Source: Euryarchaeota archaeon UBA557
GTDB lineage: Archaea; Thermoplasmatota; Poseidoniia; Poseidoniales; Thalassarchaeaceae
Reading direction: 5' to 3'
Assembly: GCA_002503285.1 (NCBI GenBank)
Contig: DARI01000009.1
Location: 9,049 to 73,048 of the forward strand
DNA length: 64,000 nt
This document shows, in pieces, positions 59,985 to 64,000 of the stretch. The notes beneath the pieces are model-generated. The model worked only from the letters and a program-made list of their open reading frames with translations, had not been told where the DNA came from and made no database searches. Made by a program: the position numbers and the translations under genes. The first letter of the stretch is position 1; each line of letters starts with the position of its first letter.

Positions 59985-62036
59985 ATGGAGCCGATAGGAG
60001 AAGTTTCAGATCCTGAAAGTTTGAATCCTACGGCTTTAGGTTTCATGTGCGGCCTAGAAATCCATCAACAATTGGATACTGGAAAACTTCATTCGAGAAT
60101 GTCAAGTGAGTTATTTGATTTCAAATTTGAAGAAATACCAAAGAATTGGAACAGATTTGAAAGAAAATTGAGAGCAGCTAGGGGGGAAGGTGGAAAAATC
60201 GATGTTGCTGCAAGATTTGAACAACTCAGAAACAGATCATTTGTATATTTTCAGTCACCAAATGCAAGTCTAATAGAATTGGATGAAGCACCACCCGATA
60301 TTCATGATGAAAATGCAGTCGATATCGTACTTACTATGTCTGCAATGATGAATGCAAAACCAATTAATTCTTTACAAGCAATGCGTAAAACTGTAGTAGA
60401 TGGTTCAAATACAAGTGGATTTCAAAGAACTACTCTTGTTGCAACTCATGGTATTCTGGATACTAAATCCGGAGATGTGGGCATAGATGTAGTATGCTTG
60501 GAAGAAGACTCTGCTAGGAAACTAAATTCAGAAACAACTACAGATGGAGAAAAAGTCTACTATACTCTAGATAGATTAGGAATACCACTTGTCGAAGTTG
60601 CAACCGCCCCTGATATTCAATCTCCTGAACATGCAAAGGAGACTGCAATTAGGTTAGGATCTCTACTCAGAGATACACGAAGGGTTCGTAGAGGATTAGG
60701 ATCAATTCGACAAGACCTCAATGTAAGTATTGCATGTGGTGATAGAGTAGAAATTAAAGGCTGCCAAGATCTTGATTGGATTCCAAAGATAATTAGATTA
60801 GAAATGGCTCGCCAAATCCATATGTACAAATTAGCAAATCAATTACGTGTTGAAGCAAATTTACCACTACTTCCTCCGGACAGATCAAATGATAATATTC
60901 CAGTTGAAAATAGAGTGGCAGCTTCGGCAAAATCTCGATTACCAATAAATATACTAGATGTATCTGAAATATTTTCAACTTCTGAATCAAGTATGATACA
61001 AAAATCATTATCAAACGATGAAGTAGTTTTAGCAGTTATTTTGCCAGGTTTTGCTGGAAAATTGGGAGTTAAAACATTAGATTCTCAAGGATCTCAATTA
61101 CCACGTTTAGGTAGGGAATTAGCAAGTGCTGCTAAGTTAGCAGGTGTTGCAGGTATTTTTCATTCTGATGAATTGCCGGCATATGGAATTACAGAACATG
61201 ATAAAAAATCTGTTATGGATAAACTTTCATTATCAAATTCTGATGCATTCATACTTTGTGTGGCTCCTAGATGGCAGGCAAATTTAGCCTTAGAATCAGT
61301 GATTAATAGAGCTAGACTCGCATATCATAGAATAATTCAAGAAGTTAGAAATGTAGTTATTAAGAAAGGTCAGCCAGATGATGGAACTACAACTGCAATG
61401 AGACCTCTTCCGGGAGGAGCACGAATGTATCCCGAAACCGATGTCCCTATTCTTCACATCACTCATGAAAGATGGCTTGCGATAGAACAAAATTTACCAC
61501 TTAATCAAGAACAAAGATACTCACTTTTTTCAGAAGTAGAGATATCAGAAAATCAAATTGATGCATTGATAAGGGCTGAATTAGATGATATTTTTCTTTC
61601 AGGAATTTCTGGTAAGCTTAACAAATCTTTACCTCCTTTACCTTCAAAGGCATGGGCATCAGGACTTTTAGAAAATACTGAATCAATTTCAAATGATTCA
61701 TTAGCAGCAGCCATACATCTACGTGAAACAAATTTGTTAACCCGGGAGGGAGTTATGCCACTTAGTAAATTGGCAGATAAATCTAATATATCGCAGTCCG
61801 ACTTAGTTTCATGGATGTCAAGTAAAATTAAAGATTTAGGATTTGAACCAGCAGATACAAGCTCTGTAGAAGGTGCTGTAGATGAGGCAATAGAAGAAAT
61901 GAGGGGAATGATTGATGCAAAAGGTATGGGGGCAATCGGACCATTAATGGGCATAGTTATGAAAAAATTGGGAGGTTCTGCTGATGGTAAGGTAGTAAAT
62001 TCAATACTACGATCCAAAATTCAAAAACTCAAATGA
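59985..62036 (+). CDS. gatE: Glu-tRNA(Gln) amidotransferase subunit E (archaeal GatE)
   Basis: 'MCGLEIHQQL', 'VVDGSNTSGFQRT', 'VCLEEDSARK' and 'IRQDLNVSI'. C-terminal YqeY/GatB-like tail. Confidence 0.9.
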   Translation: MEPIGEVSDPESLNPTALGFMCGLEIHQQLDTGKLHSRMSSELFDFKFEEIPKNWNRFERKLRAARGEGGKIDVAARFEQLRNRSFVYFQSPNASLIELDEAPPDIHDENAVDIVLTMSAMMNAKPINSLQAMRKTVVDGSNTSGFQRTTLVATHGILDTKSGDVGIDVVCLEEDSARKLNSETTTDGEKVYYTLDRLGIPLVEVATAPDIQSPEHAKETAIRLGSLLRDTRRVRRGLGSIRQDLNVSIACGDRVEIKGCQDLDWIPKIIRLEMARQIHMYKLANQLRVEANLPLLPPDRSNDNIPVENRVAASAKSRLPINILDVSEIFSTSESSMIQKSLSNDEVVLAVILPGFAGKLGVKTLDSQGSQLPRLGRELASAAKLAGVAGIFHSDELPAYGITEHDKKSVMDKLSLSNSDAFILCVAPRWQANLALESVINRARLAYHRIIQEVRNVVIKKGQPDDGTTTAMRPLPGGARMYPETDVPILHITHERWLAIEQNLPLNQEQRYSLFSEVEISENQIDALIRAELDDIFLSGISGKLNKSLPPLPSKAWASGLLENTESISNDSLAAAIHLRETNLLTREGVMPLSKLADKSNISQSDLVSWMSSKIKDLGFEPADTSSVEGAVDEAIEEMRGMIDAKGMGAIGPLMGIVMKKLGGSADGKVVNSILRSKIQKLK

Positions 62037-62096
62037 TATTTATTTTGCATTAGATTAACAATGATTAAGTTCCTTATGGCATGCCAGTGAAATTTA

Positions 62097-62729
62097 ATGA
62101 ATCCACTGATTAATTACGTTACAATATTTATATTGATATCATTATTTATTTATACGACTGTAAACAAGGAGAATCTTGCAAAAGCTATTGGTACGTTTTC
62201 ATTAGTATTTCTAATAATTTCTTTTTCATCTATGTCTACTGACTATTACAGGTGGACTTCTGAATTCATTGATGAAGTTGACAACCCTCATTATGGACTT
62301 CCAGATTTGTGGGATGACAAACAGGCCGTTTGCTTTCATTTTCCTGCAGGATATGCGCCGTCCGGTTTAGATGATGGCAGACATCATTTTGATTTTGATG
62401 GTACTGATTTTAAGACAGATAAGGATTGGAACTCAACAGGTGCATGTGTTGGAGGATTTGAAAATTTTGATAATGGTTTAGAACTATTTAATGCTGCTGT
62501 AGGGGCCACTGGAAATACTTTTTCTTACAACTCTACTCAATTTTCATTTGGATTACAGATTGACAGTATTGCTGGAGTCTCGCCTTGTGAAGCATATACC
62601 TGTGCAGCAGATTTTTCATCTGGGGCATATTGGGAACTTTTGCATAATGGAGCATATTCAATGGTTGGAATTTCAGATCTTATTCTTGACCCAGATAGTG
62701 TGATAACATGGCAAATCGCGTCATATTAA
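62097..62729 (+). CDS. membrane-anchored DUF4430-like (transcobalamin-beta-like) protein
   Basis: N-terminal TM. C-terminal 'GLQIDSIAGV....GAYWELLHNGAYSMVGISDLILDPDSVITWQ' resembles the DUF4430 'W.y.vNg....g.....l.dgD.i.W' signature. Confidence 0.55.
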   Translation: MNPLINYVTIFILISLFIYTTVNKENLAKAIGTFSLVFLIISFSSMSTDYYRWTSEFIDEVDNPHYGLPDLWDDKQAVCFHFPAGYAPSGLDDGRHHFDFDGTDFKTDKDWNSTGACVGGFENFDNGLELFNAAVGATGNTFSYNSTQFSFGLQIDSIAGVSPCEAYTCAADFSSGAYWELLHNGAYSMVGISDLILDPDSVITWQIASY

Positions 62730-62748
62730 TTAAATAATTAACACAAGC

Positions 62749-63444
62749 ATGAATAACATCCTAGGGGACGAGGAGGATGCGATTACCATGATTGATGCAC
62801 ATGCTATTAATTTAGGCCCCAATGGTATACTCTTTGTTAATGTAGCATTACTTACAATGATAGGTTGGGCTTTATGGAGGGCAGAGAAGAGTATTACTAC
62901 TCAAAGTGAGATGATTACACTGTTCCTCTTAGGCATATTTGCTATTTCAGGTAGAATATTACTAGATCCTATTCCCAATATTCAGCCAGTGACAGTTATT
63001 GTATTATTGGCCGGGATTCATTTTGGAGCTGCCAGGTCAATAATTTTAGCGACTTCAATTGCATTAATTTCTAATTTATATTTGGGCCATGGACTTTGGA
63101 CAATCTATCAAGCATTAGGCTGGTCCTTGATTGGTGTATTTGGTGCAATGATATCTAGTAAAATTTATTCAAATAATAAACTATCAGTAAATCCACTAAT
63201 GGCAGTTGCAGCAGTATCTGGTTTTGTATTCGATTGGATAGTATCAATAAGTGCATTACATGTCTTAAGTCCAGATATTTTCTTCTTATACATCCTAAAT
63301 GGAATCCCATTTGACCTCTTACATGCAGCAGGTAATATGTTCTTTGTCGCATGGTTTGCAGTACCTTTGAGTGAAATAATGACTAGACATATGGCATTCA
63401 AACAACCATCGGTGGTGGATAATTTTGCCAAGACCAGAGTATGA
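62749..63444 (+). CDS. multi-pass membrane protein, possibly ECF-type S-component-like
   Basis: About six TM helices. 'PNIQPVTVIVLLAGIHFG' and 'GIPFDLLHAAGN' are reminiscent of vitamin S-components. Low certainty. Confidence 0.4.
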   Translation: MNNILGDEEDAITMIDAHAINLGPNGILFVNVALLTMIGWALWRAEKSITTQSEMITLFLLGIFAISGRILLDPIPNIQPVTVIVLLAGIHFGAARSIILATSIALISNLYLGHGLWTIYQALGWSLIGVFGAMISSKIYSNNKLSVNPLMAVAAVSGFVFDWIVSISALHVLSPDIFFLYILNGIPFDLLHAAGNMFFVAWFAVPLSEIMTRHMAFKQPSVVDNFAKTRV

Positions 63445-63451
63445 AACTACT

Positions 63452-63796
63452 ATGGTATTGATCACTAGAAGTGATCTAAATTTATCTAAAGGAAAACTTG
63501 CTGCACAATGTAGCCATGCTACTGCAGAGTGTATTCTAAAGGCAAAAAGACAATCTCCAACAATCCTGGAAAAATATCTGAAAAGTGGTGCAAGAAAGAT
63601 TGTATGTTCTGCTTCAAATATTGATGTACTAAAAAGAATATATGGAGAGGCCAAAGCTGCAGGTCTAATTTGTTACATGGTAATGGATGCAGGACATACA
63701 GAGATACCTGCAGGGACCACTACAGTTGTTGGGATAGGTCCGGGAATGAGAAATTCTATTGATAAAATAACAAGTAGTCTACCTTTAGTTAAATAA
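63452..63796 (+). CDS. pth2: peptidyl-tRNA hydrolase, archaeal/eukaryotic Pth2 type
   Basis: 'MVLITRSDLNLSKGKLAAQCSHA', 'KIVCSA' and 'DAGHTEIPAGTTTVVGIGP'. ATG at 63452 preferred over the TTG at 63425. Confidence 0.9.
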   Translation: MVLITRSDLNLSKGKLAAQCSHATAECILKAKRQSPTILEKYLKSGARKIVCSASNIDVLKRIYGEAKAAGLICYMVMDAGHTEIPAGTTTVVGIGPGMRNSIDKITSSLPLVK

Positions 63797-63838
63797 TCTT
63801 CCAAAATAGTCATGAGTAATGTTCTGTTCTGAACAACC

Positions 63839-64000
63839 ATGGCAACACATGTAGTGCTCTCTCCTGATGTCAGAGAAAAACTACTTTCAGAATGTTCAGA
63901 GATAACTAATTTCTTAGATTGGTTAGAATCAATTGATAGACGACCAGGGCTTGACGAATTGGCCATGAATTTATCTAATCTGAATCCAAATATTGATGCT
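63839..64000 (+). CDS. hypothetical protein, 3'-truncated by the window edge
   Basis: ATG at 63839 and open frame to the window end ('MATHVVLSPDVREKLLSECSEITNFLDWLESIDRRPGLDE...'). Not in the ORF track and no motif recognised. Confidence 0.3.
   Translation, partial: MATHVVLSPDVREKLLSECSEITNFLDWLESIDRRPGLDELAMNLSNLNPNIDA

Noticed and set aside
61553-62017. 154-aa ORF on the minus strand
   Set aside because: It is antisense to the C-terminal part of gatE, which has clear family motifs. It has no motifs of its own.

Overview
This window is a densely packed, AT-rich chromosomal segment with about 60 genes. Spacers are very short, and several gene pairs overlap at their 3' ends or starts. The host is an archaeon: archaeal DnaG, MCM, an L18e-L13-S9-Rpo10 operon, GatE, Pth2, Trm1 and deoxyhypusine synthase are all present. 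Many bacterial-type genes are mixed in: NAD+-dependent LigA, pyruvoyl PanD, NfuA, a LIV-type ABC transporter and a PQQ-type sugar dehydrogenase. The gene content suggests a streamlined marine planktonic euryarchaeote (Marine Group II / Poseidoniales-like), but this is inference only. There are three tRNA genes (Cys-GCA, Pro-GGG, Arg-GCG). I saw no rRNA, CRISPR array, transposase or integrase. The items most worth a second look are: (1) a membrane-anchored single-lobe transferrin-family protein with all four Fe-ligand positions alignable, apparently co-transcribed with a lipoprotein PQQ-dehydrogenase. (2) An Eco57I-like N6-adenine methyltransferase-like protein with a non-canonical KPPW catalytic motif, whose start overlaps the stop of an unknown acidic coiled-coil protein. 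(3) A 2679-aa Asp-rich (thrombospondin-type-3-like) surface protein with a ligand-less cupredoxin-like module and a DUF4129-like cytoplasmic tail. (4) A LIV-type ABC system with a ~1057-aa chimeric lipoprotein receptor (rearranged SBP3 module, short Cys-flanked module, duplicated LivJ-like modules), a perfect 12-bp hairpin after the receptor gene, and a fused LivH-LivM permease. (5) A Cas4-like 4Fe-4S nuclease, DEDDh exonuclease and LigA neighbourhood with no CRISPR. All functional calls rest on motif recognition by eye. No database search was possible.
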